Positions 1-12,499 of a stretch of 64,000 nucleotides of DNA are shown piece by piece (within the stretch, counting starts at the first letter, position 1; each line of letters opens with the position of its first letter). Below the pieces are notes generated by a model. The model was not told where the DNA came from, made no database searches, and saw only the letters and a program-made list of their open reading frames with translations. This DNA comes from Haplodiscus bocki. Lineage: Eukaryota. The translations under genes and the position numbers were made by a program. The stretch covers positions 35,588,001 to 35,652,000 of the forward strand of contig OZ296651.1 in assembly GCA_965655095.1 (NCBI GenBank), written 5' to 3'.

Positions 1-1779
1 TCACTTTTACGTAGCTCCAAAAAGAATGTTAAAGTTCTAAATATAGGTCATCAAAGAATAAAATACCGCTTTTGCATGACAATCAAAAAATCAATAATAT
101 TAAAAGTAAAAGTGGTAACACATATGGATTATTATATTTAATATAGATTTATACGCTCAGATAGAATGAGTAAATCCATTGTGTCTTGACTTATTAATTA
201 TGACATACTTCTGACATCGCATTATATAAATCTGAGTAGGGATAGTATTAATTGAAGTCAAAAATGAACAGTTTGACGTTAGTCGTCAAATGCTGTACAT
301 TAAATACTAATTAAGGTGAAAATAAAAATAGAACTATTTTATGGGTTAATCAATTATTAAATAAGTGATTTCATGTTAATCTATTTTTATTAGTAAAAAC
401 ATCATTTTTGTGTTGGCTTTATCTTTGATGTCACGTTTTCTTTACGCCAATTTTCCGATTAGTGACGTACTTCTGGCATAAGTCTTGAACAGTGGTGCGG
501 ATGAGGGAGTGAAGGCTTGGCTGCCGTCAGCTATGTCAAAATCAAGTCAATACCACTTTTTGTGGCATGAATATTTAAAAACGCTTGCTCTCTCGTCAAT
601 AGTTGGTCAAAATAGCCTCAGTCAATCAGAACTTGACAAAGCAATGTGCAGTCAATGCTGTATATTACGCCGTCACAGGCGGCAGCCTGCGAGAATATCC
701 AACAGCCCAAATGGTCCAGTCACTAATCGCCACAAATTGAACACACAGCTGGAGCATTCTACATTCAACAATCCTCTGCTGTAAATGTAGGCTTAGTTTC
801 TACAATTGACAATTTCAACTCAGCTTAAGTACTAAGACTGTGGGCTGAATAGGTGGAGGACTGAACAACCACATGTTTCAAGATAGGCTATAAGGGTCCG
901 ACTTTGGCCCAAAGCTGAGAACGGTCTTCAACCTTAGCAGAGAGCTATCGGGTGATTTTCATCGTTGTGATACCCGGTTCTGTTCCGCTGGTGAGGTTTT
1001 AGTGTCTTCGTGCACGATTCTGATAGGCTGCCAAAAGCTTCTCGGAAGTGGGTGGAATCTGATTGTGCTCAGCAACGTAATTTTATAGGTTGTAGTGTTT
1101 TCTAAAGGAAAAATATAAGGAGACCAGCTTATACTCATTTTTGGCAGTATGAGAGTTTGTAGAGGAAAAAGTTTTGGACAGAAGTCACGCCTGTGATGAA
1201 GTATGGCGCTTGCGGATACTGTAGTGATTTAATGCTGCATTGAAACGTTGTATTAACATTTTTCAAAAGTTAATTGAATGGTGAAAGTGATATCAGATTC
1301 AGTGCATAATCCACACGTCTGCGTTTGAAAGAACAAGTTATTATATGCAATTAATTCTAAACGAAAGTGCAATATCATCGCGAACTCCTGTACTTTCCTA
1401 TTGTCGGAAACTGGAGAGGAGAAGCTGCATATATCGTATGTGAACTGCAAACGCTGGGTTGAGACGGTAATGGCTCTGGCATCACTGTTTGTAGTGCGGC
1501 TCGACAAAACTGTACATTCCACATCCGAAAAAGTCTTCAAAACCAAACTTTTTGCAATATTTTGCCATCATTTTCCAAAGCTCTTCCTGGATATTGCTAA
1601 GTTGAGTAAATAAAACGGATTGCCTCGTTCGGAACGGTTGGAATGTAATTTGATGGGAATGAATGAAGAAACCGACACTTCAGTAGAGGCATACGTTTGA
1701 TTATTTGCTGGAGAGCACTGCTCTCCATTTGAAATGTTCTTTGACGCAACACCAAACTTGTAAATCCATTTGAAAAATT

Positions 1780-3900
1780 TCGTTTTTCTGTTCGGTGAAT
1801 TCAGTAACTTATTCTGGATCAAGAGTAACGCATAGCTCTAATCTAGATGGTTCTCCAACCATGTCTGAGTGAAGTATTTTTTCAATAGCAGTTTTGCATT
1901 GAAGTCAAATCAAACACTATTACATAGTGGTATTTGAAAATGTCAATAGGAGCTGAAGGGACACTGACTTGACTGATCAATGCTTTCAAAGTCGTAACGT
2001 ATAGGCAACATTTCTCAGCAACATCAAAACTTACGACTGGTTGACCTTCTCTGAGTTCTTGCATATGTCCAAGGTTAAACTGTGGTTACCAAAATGGATT
2101 ATTAGTTTACGATACAAAGAACCCAGAGTTTGTATTCATTTCAATGGCAATTCGACGAACTGGAGCAATGTTAAAAATGGTTTCCTGAAAGAATTGTTTT
2201 TAGCTGGCAAGAATGATAGAAGTCATTGCCAGAGTCTCAAAAGAGTTGTATTTCACAGAAACATACCCAAGCGTGTCAAATTTTTGCCGGTGATAATTAT
2301 TACTGAGTGCAACAAGGCAATTTTAAAGCAAACAATCACCAAGACCAAGAAAGAAGTTAGGGTTGTCGCTAATTATCTAAAATTCAGGCCAGCCTCCAAT
2401 AAATTGAAGCCTAACTCTCGAAAAAGTTGAAGCAATTCCAGAGTTGAGGAAAAACTTGACCCGCAATTTATTATACTTCACGAAGTCATCGGGTCCACAA
2501 AGCAATTTCAAATTTTTTTAATCAAAGTAAGGTTCACACAAAGGTGCCTCCAAGATTTTATCAAGAGATTCCTCATAGTCAGACACTTCACGGTGCAAAA
2601 CTTTTTTTCTGAGATGACATTTTTTATTTTTTTGAAAAAGTAAGATTTGTGCGCATAGAGTCCCTCTGAATTGTAAAAATGTTGATTGTTTATGTATACA
2701 AATACATTGGAAAAAGTTGAAATCGAAAGGTTGCTTAAACGAGTAACGAGAGTAACCGGAGCATCTTTTGCCATTGCTTGGCATGCTGCAGCATCTTTCC
2801 ATTCTTCTTTGTATTCGTTTTTAACTTCTTTTGTATATTAGGTCTCACAACGACGACTTATGACCAGTTTTAGTTCATAGTTGCAAAAGTATCATTGGGA
2901 AGAGTTGGAACATAATTTCATGAAAATCAACCAAGGTACCATTATTTGAGTGAGAAGATACGCCTGGTTTTTTTTCTGGGGAACACTTTAGTCCATTCTT
3001 TATAATCTTTTAAAATGCCAGATTTGACAATTGCAATCGAAAACATTCGTTCTCCCAGTAGAATGAGTTCAGTTTTGTGTTCTAGAGGGATTGAAAAGTT
3101 TAGCTCCAGTCTCTGGGGGTCTTCAGCTAGTATTGGGGTTTGACTCATTTCAATTGAGTTTTGCAATGAAGTCAAACCAAACACTATTAGGTAGTTGTTT
3201 TAGAAATTGTCAATAGGAGTTGAGGGGATATCATTTCGAAAGCTCTTTGCTTTCATTGTCGTAATATAGAAGCGACAATTATCAACGGCATCAATTTATA
3301 CAGTTAGCTGACAACCTCTGAGTGTTGTAAGTTGTCTAAGATCGAACTGTTGATACGGGAATGGATTTTTAGTGTAGAATCCAGTGAAGCAGAATTTTTT
3401 TTCATTGCAATAGCATGGATGAACTGGTTTTGTCTAGCAGAATTGATAAAGTTCTTTGCTAGAATCTTCCAACGGTTGAACTCCACAGGATTATATGCAA
3501 GCATTTCGATTGTTTCTTTGACAATCATCCTCGAGAGCAATATCTCGAGTGTGATGCGAGCAGTTAACAATTCCAAGACTAACGTTGGGATTTTCACCAA
3601 TCATATAAAGGTTACGTCTGGCTCTGACTAGTCGTAACCTGTTTTCCATAATTGTATACAGCAATCCAGAAGTGGACGAAAAGTCAACCCCTAGTGTTCC
3701 ATATTTGATGAAGCCATCGGGTCCGTTGAGCATTTTCATTCTCCTTGTGGAAAAGGTTCGGACAAGCTAGCGTCCATAATCTCTTCGGTAGATTCTTCAA
3801 AATCGTACCTTGCGCAGTCCAAAACTCGGTTGCACTGAGATGCTGTGGACAAGTACCTTGAATGAGCACATTTTCCAATTTTCAACTGGTCTTGGAGTCT
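1780..3900 (-). pseudogene. Polinton/Maverick-like major capsid protein remnants, apparently two tandem degenerate copies (~2950-3900 and ~1780-2900)
   Basis: Fragmented frames read FSNVFVYINNQHFYNSEGLYAHKSY (2508-2774) and DGFIKYGTLGVDFSSTS...RLRLVRAR..MIGENPNVSLGIVNCS (3491-3739). Near-duplicate C-terminal segments at ~1880-2060 (...IDIFKYHYVIVFDLTSMQ) and ~3150-3300 (..FGLTSLQ). Many stops and frameshifts. Confidence 0.6.
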
Positions 3901-3939
3901 TGGAGCAACCATCTTGGAACATTTTTATTGTCAGAAATG

Positions 3940-4790
3940 AATGTTGGACGTTTTTTAAACATCAAAACAATTCAAGTGATTCCCAGAAAAGGGTATCTTT
4001 GCGTAGCTCGCGTCTCTTATACCATAATAAAAGTTAGAAGAAAAACTTTGAGACGCGTTCTGAAAATTCTGCTACTAAATGTGTGACAATTTAGTTCGTG
4101 TAGTGTCCAGTAGTTATGTTGTGAATGGCTTCAAGTTTTGAAATGACGGAAAAACAACGAATCATAGAAAGTGTTTTGCGGCCGACAAAATTCTACCCAA
4201 TCAGGTTTGTGTATAACTCGCGAGAGTGTAATTGGAAAAAATTTCAAGAAAACTAGAGCTTGTGAAGTCCAGTTCTCCTCAACAAAACTCCAAACTGATT
4301 GCATACATTGCTTCCGAAAATGCGTTCCAAGTCCCTACCAAAAAATGCAGGACTCGATTCTTCATTCGAATGTCTTTCCGAATGCTTTGCTAGTGTTGTT
4401 TCAAAAACACGTTCCAAGTTGCTAATGAAGAATTCAGAAGCAAGACCTACGTATGCAAAGTAAATCTCAATTTTTTGCTCTATTCGTTCTGAAGGAAATC
4501 CATTTGTTACGTGGTTTTCTATTGAACTCGATAGCTTTGATGATCCAGCTTCCTTATCGATTGCCTTTTGATTCTCTTGTTGTTCTAAAAAAAACCAAAA
4601 CCTAAATATCCTCAACAAGAAAAAAGCTGAATGACGGGAGGAGTGATGAATTTCATGGACTCTGATTCTTCGTTGGATACTGGAATGTTTCATCTCTGCT
4701 TCCACCTTGCCCTTTTCGAAAAAAAACAGCCACACTTCTATTTGAAAATTTTGTTACGGGCTGCCTCTACGACTTTAGGTTGTCTCTTGG
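3940..4790 (-). pseudogene. Polinton-like minor capsid (penton-like) gene remnant
   Basis: Degenerate frame containing KIEIYFAY... and FGSNVCNQFGVLLRRTGLHK. It lies between the ATPase and capsid remnants, as in Polinton morphogenesis modules. Recognised by resemblance only. Confidence 0.4.
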
Positions 4791-4799
4791 ATCAAATTT

Positions 4800-5560
4800 A
4801 ATCTGCACTCGCAAAATAGCCGGATAAGATGTTTTAGACACGTTTGGAGGGAATCACCTAAACACTTGTGGGAAGATTATTGGAACCCTTCAGGAGTACG
4901 GAAGTTTTTTGTGTTCACCGTCTGAAGCCTGCTATTGGTTCAATCGTTCGGGGACGAAAAGGTTTGAAGGAATGGATCCGTTCTTTGTACAGTAACAGAG
5001 TCGGTTATCTGGTCGTTGCGATAAATCCAACACTGAAAGACCGCAAGTAGCAGAATTTTGATGCCAGTCAACTTCCTCTGATCCGAACTCAACTCTGTTT
5101 TTAGCGTATTGACTTGCAGCACATCACAAGGAGACTTGAATAGGACAAAGTGCACGTTCTGGAGCTGAACGTCCCGGCCTTTTTTGAAATTACCTTGATG
5201 AAACAAGTTGTGTTTAATTTATGTTAGCAATGTCGTCAAAAGGTGTCAAAAACAACGAAAAGTTTTGAATGGCGAATGTCTCATGTGATTTGCCACAGAT
5301 TAGCAATTACTTTGTACCCTGGTATTTCAATCAAACGATACTGTCAAAGTTTAAACAATCAACAAGCTCAATGTTTTCAAATTGTTTTTGTATGACATCG
5401 TAAAGTGGTTGGAATTGATGACAGAGGATGTAAATATTGTGAAAATTTGATTAAAGTGTTCTTTTGGCAGGCCAGTTGTGAATGAATAGCGATTTTTTCA
5501 CCCCAAATGGTTTCATCAAAGTTGTTCAGACGGGACTTGTTGTACAAAGTAACTTGTTCG
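4800..5560 (-). pseudogene. Polinton-like A32/FtsK-family packaging ATPase remnant
   Basis: 4940-5206 reads FHQGNFKKGRDVQLQNVHFVLFKSPCDVLQV, resembling the Polinton ATPase segment FHQG..RD..L...H.VLFKSPRD. A Walker-B-like FDD lies at ~5230-5240 and a degenerate Walker A at ~5490-5520. Confidence 0.65.
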
Positions 5561-8500
5561 GCGGTGAAAGATATCCCGCTCTTCCAAAAAACTTTCCACC
5601 CAAATAGTTGAATCGTAAAACATTTTCAAAAATGAATTATCCAAGAGCAATCAGTTTGTTTAACAAAATGACAAAAAGTTGGGAAAGAGAGGCAATCATA
5701 AATCTGGAACAGGTTGGACCCAAAACGACCTACGTTCATTTCTCTCAGTTATTGTAGTGAAAGACCTTTTTGTCTAGGTTCTTAAAATCTTTTTAATCAG
5801 TCATCTAGTTTGCACCCTCAACGTGATATAAAAAATTTTTGGACGAAATCATTTTGAATGGTTCAATTACGTAGATACAGACAATACAAATCACAAATTA
5901 AGAATTTAGGCAATTACATGCTGCGTTGTCGAGTTGCCAAAAATTTGTGCATTTCGCTGCGCAGTGAAAGATAGTCTTCTGTCAGATTCAGTAACTCGAT
6001 CAAATCTACATATCTTAGTCTGCTGTTGCATCTACAATTTATTGATTTTGGGGACAACCATGATCGTCCTTGTCTCCGAATATGTTTACAAGTAATCGGT
6101 GGGATTTTTTCCCTTTTCTAATGGTTTTAAAGTTTTTTGAAAATTTATATCCTTAGGATGTTTTCATGGGAGCACTCTATCTAATTTGTGAACTGTTCCA
6201 TACAAGTTGATGCAAAATTCATGTACATCAAACTGCTTGTTTTGAAGATTTGTGTTTCTTTGAAGGAGGAAATGTCTATCTCTGAACGTTCTCCAGGATG
6301 AAAATTTCAGTTGATCAGAATCACTTTTCTCTACAATTTCGAAATATGGTACAATACGAACAAACTGCTTCAAAAACGACAGCATTTAAATGTGAAAGCA
6401 CTAAAATTTTACGTAAAGGCAAAATGGTACTCCAGGCAGGTGACCAAGCAACCTTTAAGTTGCTCGTCGTCCATTTTTGTAAGAGTAGACTGCCCATTTG
6501 GCAGTATGCGACCGCACCGCTCCACAAGCATGATTAACTATTACATGTAGCCTGAATTCTTTGGAGTATCAAAATACAAATTCCAAGTTCCAGTCCCTCT
6601 ATCCAATGATTCCACTGAAAATAAGCTAAAGGCCCAACTGAAATTTGTAGAGTCTATCTTTCTAAGAGTAAAATGCAGTTACAAAGAAATTTTTTGCTAA
6701 CACTATTGTGTTCAAGTTACAGTTTGACACCCGGTCAACTAGAGAGAAATGTCTCAACCTCGAAAGAGTTTGTTTCAATTATGAACAACTGTTTCATCCA
6801 ATACAAAACATCGCCTTAAATTTTTGACATTGTTTCTCGTTAGGTATGCTTGTTTTTCAAAGATGTTATAAGGTTCTGTCAAATATAGATCGATAATTTT
6901 AACCTTGAGGTTTAATTAGCTTCGTTTACGTTCACGACCATGTTCAATCTGTCTGTATTAGTCTTGAAATTTTCACATATTTTCCCATTACCTTCATTTG
7001 CTGTCCTTTTTAAGCAAGTGTCCTTTTTGGGGTCAATCTTTTCACCGTATCATAATTGTTGCATTTCCAGTACAGTTTTTAGCAGGTTTTAAAAATTTTC
7101 TGGAAATGTTTTTACTTGAAGTTTCATTTTTTCAGCTTTAGAAGGAAAAAGTTTTGTCTCCAATGTTCCAACTCAAACGTGTTTGAACGAAAAGAAAACT
7201 GACCGAGGGTAAATTGTTGCAAGTGTTTCTACAAGATAATACGAACGGGTTGAGGTTCAATAATTTTACCGACTAAAAAACAGATTACTTCGAATAAAAA
7301 AATCATTAGGTTTAGTTTTCAAAAAACCAAACTTTTTAAGTTTGTCTTTCTCGTTCTCTGTAACTAATTCTCGGAGTAAGTTGCATGGGAACTTTCTGGC
7401 TTGTGCACACTGTATCGCCGTAGAGTCACAAAACGCTTTCTGTTTGACGGGTCCACAACCTCAACCACTTTGTGGAAAAGCGTGAGTTCTTCCTTTCTTG
7501 CCCAAGGTCCTCGGACATTGTTCTCTTCTGTATGCAGGATAATTTTTGGTCTCTGCCTAATTTATCAGTCCCAACGGCCAGCAGATTCCTCAGTCACATG
7601 AATTGATTGATTATGACTCTCCCATTGAATTGTTTTGGACCAGGCGGCATTACTTGATTTCTTTCCGGAACATTATTAGTTTCAAGTCTGAAAAATCGGT
7701 GTCAATTCTGGACGATGAAAGTGTTTCAAATTTGGCTCATTATTTTCCAAAATCCACATAGTTTGTGCATGTTAGCTTGTCCAAGGAAGAAATAGTGTTG
7801 AGTTTCATTAGTTTCTGTCGATGAGGTACCACTGATAGATGTGATTCGTTTTCAAGGAAGAGAGTTATGGAATGATTAAACAGATGCAAAGTGTTGGTCA
7901 CATATGCTTCGGCATAACTCAATCGGTCACAGTCACGTAATTTTTCCCTATAAAACATTTGTTTCGATTCCGTCTTCGAATCGAGCTATCTTCAGCTAAA
8001 GAGGTCCTTCGATTTTCGAGATACTTGTACAAAAATGGTCAAGATTTGTTCTTGAAATTCACTTGTTAAAATAACCACTCAACGCTCATCAGTCTTTTTG
8101 TTGCTGTTAAGTTGCATGCAAATCCTTGTTTTCATGCAAAGATTTTGGAAAACAGCTTTTTTTCAGCAAAAACACACAAAAAAACCAATTTTAAAAATGC
8201 TGCATTGCCCACCACAACGACAATACTTGCATTTTATGCACTTGCAGATGTCATTTTTTCCTGCCTGTTGATATTGAAGAGTTGCTACGGAATTTGAACA
8301 CGTTCTCTTTCACGTATCAATAAGATGAATCTCTCTGGACTCTATTTCGGCATCGATTCCTTGAAAATATTGTTGCGTTCAGCAGAAAAGTTTTCGATAG
8401 TGTGCGGAGAGCAGTATACTTTAGGCAAAGAAAATTGAAAAAAAAAGACTTTGGAGGACGAATTTCAAAAACCGTTTTTGAGCTCTTTCCAAAAAATAAC

Positions 8501-11500
8501 ACCAACACAAACCAGAAAAAAAGTCTGTTCAGAAAAATATGTACAGAAGAGAAAAAGTTGAATTGGAAGAGAAAAACACTCTAGATAGTTTTGGAGATAG
8601 TTTCGGTGAATATATTAGTAATTTAGTAACAACTAAAAAACTTCATGGGCATACGATTTTCTGCAGACCTTAGTGAAATATACAATTTTTTTGGTATTGC
8701 AAGTCCAGTTACCAATGTAACCAGCAACAATCCACCTGAGATGAAAACTGCAGTTGCCAGTAGAGAATCACCAATCATTAGGCAGACAGATGCCACACAT
8801 TTTAAATTCAATCCATTGTTATTAAACGTTGATACCGAAACTGCGACAAATATTGTCCCACAAGCAATTGAATTAACGCGTAGGTTCTGTGCTTGCGAAT
8901 GTTTTTGAGGTGATTTTTCTTTCTTGTTCTTGCACGATATTGGGTGAAACTTTGACTAGAGAGTCTAGGAAGATTTGCTGTTTTGAAACTGATATTTTTT
9001 TCAGGAACACTTTTGTTTAGAAAATCTTATGATCCACAAAGTTTTGTCTGGAGTCTCTGTGAAAAACTGTTTCTCCTCAGCAGAAGGCTGTTTAAATTTG
9101 ATGAGGGAATTATCGTGTGTTGCAAATTTAGAAATCGCTTCTGAAGTCAATTTTAAAATCAGACAAAGTCATCGAATTCAATTCTGCATGACATTTGTTT
9201 TTGAACCTGGCAACAAAACTGTTCTATTAGTCAGAACTTAAAAAAACGTTGAAGGTCATAATATCAAATGAAAGTACATCGCGTCAAACTTCGAATCATG
9301 TTTCTTTGCGGTGCGTGATTTTTTCAGAGAAAAGTTTCCGAAAACATCAGCTTTGGACAAAACATTGCATTCAAAGAAAAACGTTTTGACTCCCCTTACT
9401 GCGTGAAAGCGAAAATTTTGCATTTTCCAGGCGTTTTTAGAAAGCACGGTTCTCAAACAAAACTTTGAGAAAAATCAAATCCGGAACCAAAATTTTCACC
9501 ACCTGTGAGACTTTTAATCCAAATTATACAGCGCGTCAGACTTTGAGTCAGAACTTTACAGCTTGTCAAGCTTAAAATCAAAATGCTTACAACTTGTCAG
9601 GTTCTGTATTTGAAACGTTTGTTAATGCTTATGTTATTTTCATAACCATTTGCGCCTCATTCACTTTTGACAACGTTTTCCTTAAAACCACCAAGAAACA
9701 TTACAGCCTACAATCTCTTCGTCAACTAGATAATGGCATTCGTCGTTGAAATAATACTTACTTCACTGTTATTCACAAGGATCTTTACTTTTGATTTCGC
9801 TTTGGGTTTCTCGCAGTAATTTGTATGAACTTGTTTTATGCAAAGAATGGCTGCTAATAGTGGAATTAAAGAGAAAGAAACCAACAATGTTTTTGTTCTA
9901 CACAGTTCTGAATAGTATCTGAAAAAGAGGTCCATGAAAAGGATTAATTTAGATAATTTTTCAAAAAATGACACACATATTAAGTTCCGTTGAAATAAAC
10001 ATCTTTATACATAAATCACGTATAATTTTGCTACTGGTTCCAAAAAGCCAGCTGCTCCGCAGACCACGAAACTTCATTTTGTTACTCAGATTTGGAGGTT
10101 GCAGTTGAAGTTTTTTCCTTGTGTGCTTCGTCGTCAATGAACATCAGGTTTTTCAGCCAATGAAGCTATCTCGAAGTCGTTGAAAATTGATGAGAAAATA
10201 GTGACTGTATCCATTATCAAATCAACATCTTACCATTGATACTCACTGCCTCCCTGATCAGACCACTGAAACCAACTGGTGTTCAACTTTTGTGTGTCTA
10301 CACTTGAGAATTTTTTTGCGAGCTGTTTCTCGCTGTTTGGACAAGATTTGTCACATCCAGAGTTACACAATCTCGACCAATTTTAAAAGTTCACTGGATA
10401 GTGTCAGTGGAAACTAACAAAAGGACGCTGCTTCACTGCAGACTGAAACTGAACAAAAAAAAAAGACTAGAAAAAGAACTTTGCATTTTTGTATCAGCCA
10501 TTAGAAAATGCATTCGTTTTTTCCTTATGTGACTGTATTTTAGCCTTTTCTGATAAAGTGCTGATCCTTCCATAAAAATTTGTAACTGTCTCGAACTTCA
10601 TCTATGTCATGCAGACTTCAAACTCAAAAAAATGAATTGCTTAAACAGGCTAACATAACACATACTCGTTGTTGTGATCATCGACATCATAGTTGCTTCC
10701 GCTCAATCCCTACTTGTTAGCAATGAAAGAACAGTTCCTCAACAGACTGCAATTTTCGTAATGGTTTACTTCAAATGCTTCTGTCGGAATCAATTGAACA
10801 CCGCAAAGCTCAATGTTTTGAGAGAAAAGGCATACTAAGTTGTGTTCGGAACAAAAAGATACCCGTATAATTGAATATGATAGTTCTCTAAGGTCTTTAT
10901 GACAGTGGAAAAAAGAATGTTTTTTTTATAATAATGACCCGCATTTCAGTTCTCTGTTTATGCAGTGGAATATTTGCCGATTTGATAGACTGGTCGTAAG
11001 TTTTTCAAAATTCAAACAACTTATCAACACGAGCAGAAATTTTCCCTTCAAATTGTCGACTTTTTCCTGGAAAAACATTTGCTGTTGTGTTCCTAGTAGC
11101 CAAATTGGAACAACTTGATTGCAAATTTGTTTTTCTTGAGCCTTGTGACAACTTTACGTTTTCAGTGATGAAGCCGAAACATGAACATTGGTGTGTTAAA
11201 CTAGTTTTCTAGGTCGATTTCTTCTAAAATTTTTGCGGAAACTTTTTTCGACAAACGAAATTTTTCCATTTCACAGGTTTGACTGTTTTTTCTTGAGTAT
11301 TTGTTATATCTTGAGAAAATAAGGGCCACAGTGGTGAAAGAACAATGCATTTCTTTATCGTCTTCGTGGTAGGCTTCATTCCCGGTTTCATCATGATCGG
11401 GCGTTAGTGGCATTAAGTTTCGTTTGACCGAAATGGTTTAGATGTCTCTCCCTTGATATTAAGTATATATTCTGTGGCCTAGTGGTTAAGTTCTGAGATG

Positions 11501-12499
11501 GGTTCACTATGTTCGTTTTGTTCGAGTATGGCAAAAACTCACTTCGATAAATCAATGGATCTCTGATCTGATGTTTTTAACCTCTAGCTTGAATAATCAA
11601 ATATTTACACACTTTTATTATTCTTTCATGGGAGTCTGGTTGATTGACGGTTAAAACAAAATTAAACGTGCTAGACAAGTTTGTTTTCTCAGATGATTTG
11701 TCTCCTTATGAGGGAGCTTGTTCAACTTGAGAACACTTGCCAGACAACCTGTCTCCCTGTCGGAAGAATGTTTTCCACTGCATTGGATTTAACAGGCACT
11801 CTGTTCATCAGACAACCCTTCTCATCAACAGGGGCATCAATTGTACTTGATTGACTTTGTCAGACAAAAGCCCTTACCGATAATTGGCTTCAACAATTGA
11901 TAAAGAACAGACTAACGTGGTTCGTGGAAAAAAGTTTTTTTTGTGCATCACCATTGGTTTACCAACAAATGTAATTCACATTTTGATTTGCATTTTTGAT
12001 TGAAATTTGTTTCGATGTTTATGTGACTCTGCTTTTTTTTTGCTCATGGGAATCAGTCAGTCCTTTTATGGTTTTTCCAGATAACGCACAAGGTAGTGTG
12101 TTACCCTTGGAACAATTTATCCGCCCATTCTTCTTTGCATTCTTGTAGTGATGTTGTTTCAATCTTTACGTTCACTTTTAATCAGGCTGCTGAAATATTT
12201 GTACCTAACTGCTTTTCCTCAACCTCGCAAAAACGAAATTAGTTGTGATGTTTGTGGAACTTAAACTACGAGACTTAACCTTGCAGGTCACGATAAGTGT
12301 TGTTCTGCTGGGACTGTGTGTCTACCCAGTGTCGCATTGTCTCAACTTTTTTCCGAGTTGGTTTAAACTGTCACTTTGCCATGAAACATGCAATTTGTAC
12401 AGTCGCCTTACCTTGATCTGGTTGTTTTTAGGGAAGAAGTTGAAGACAGAGACCCTAAGGAAGAACTCTTCTAACGTCAAGTTTTCACAATTGATTCTG

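Noticed and set aside
1-1550. ORFs 485-784 and 1253-1613
   Set aside because: Non-ATG starts and no recognisable motifs; the region was left unannotated.
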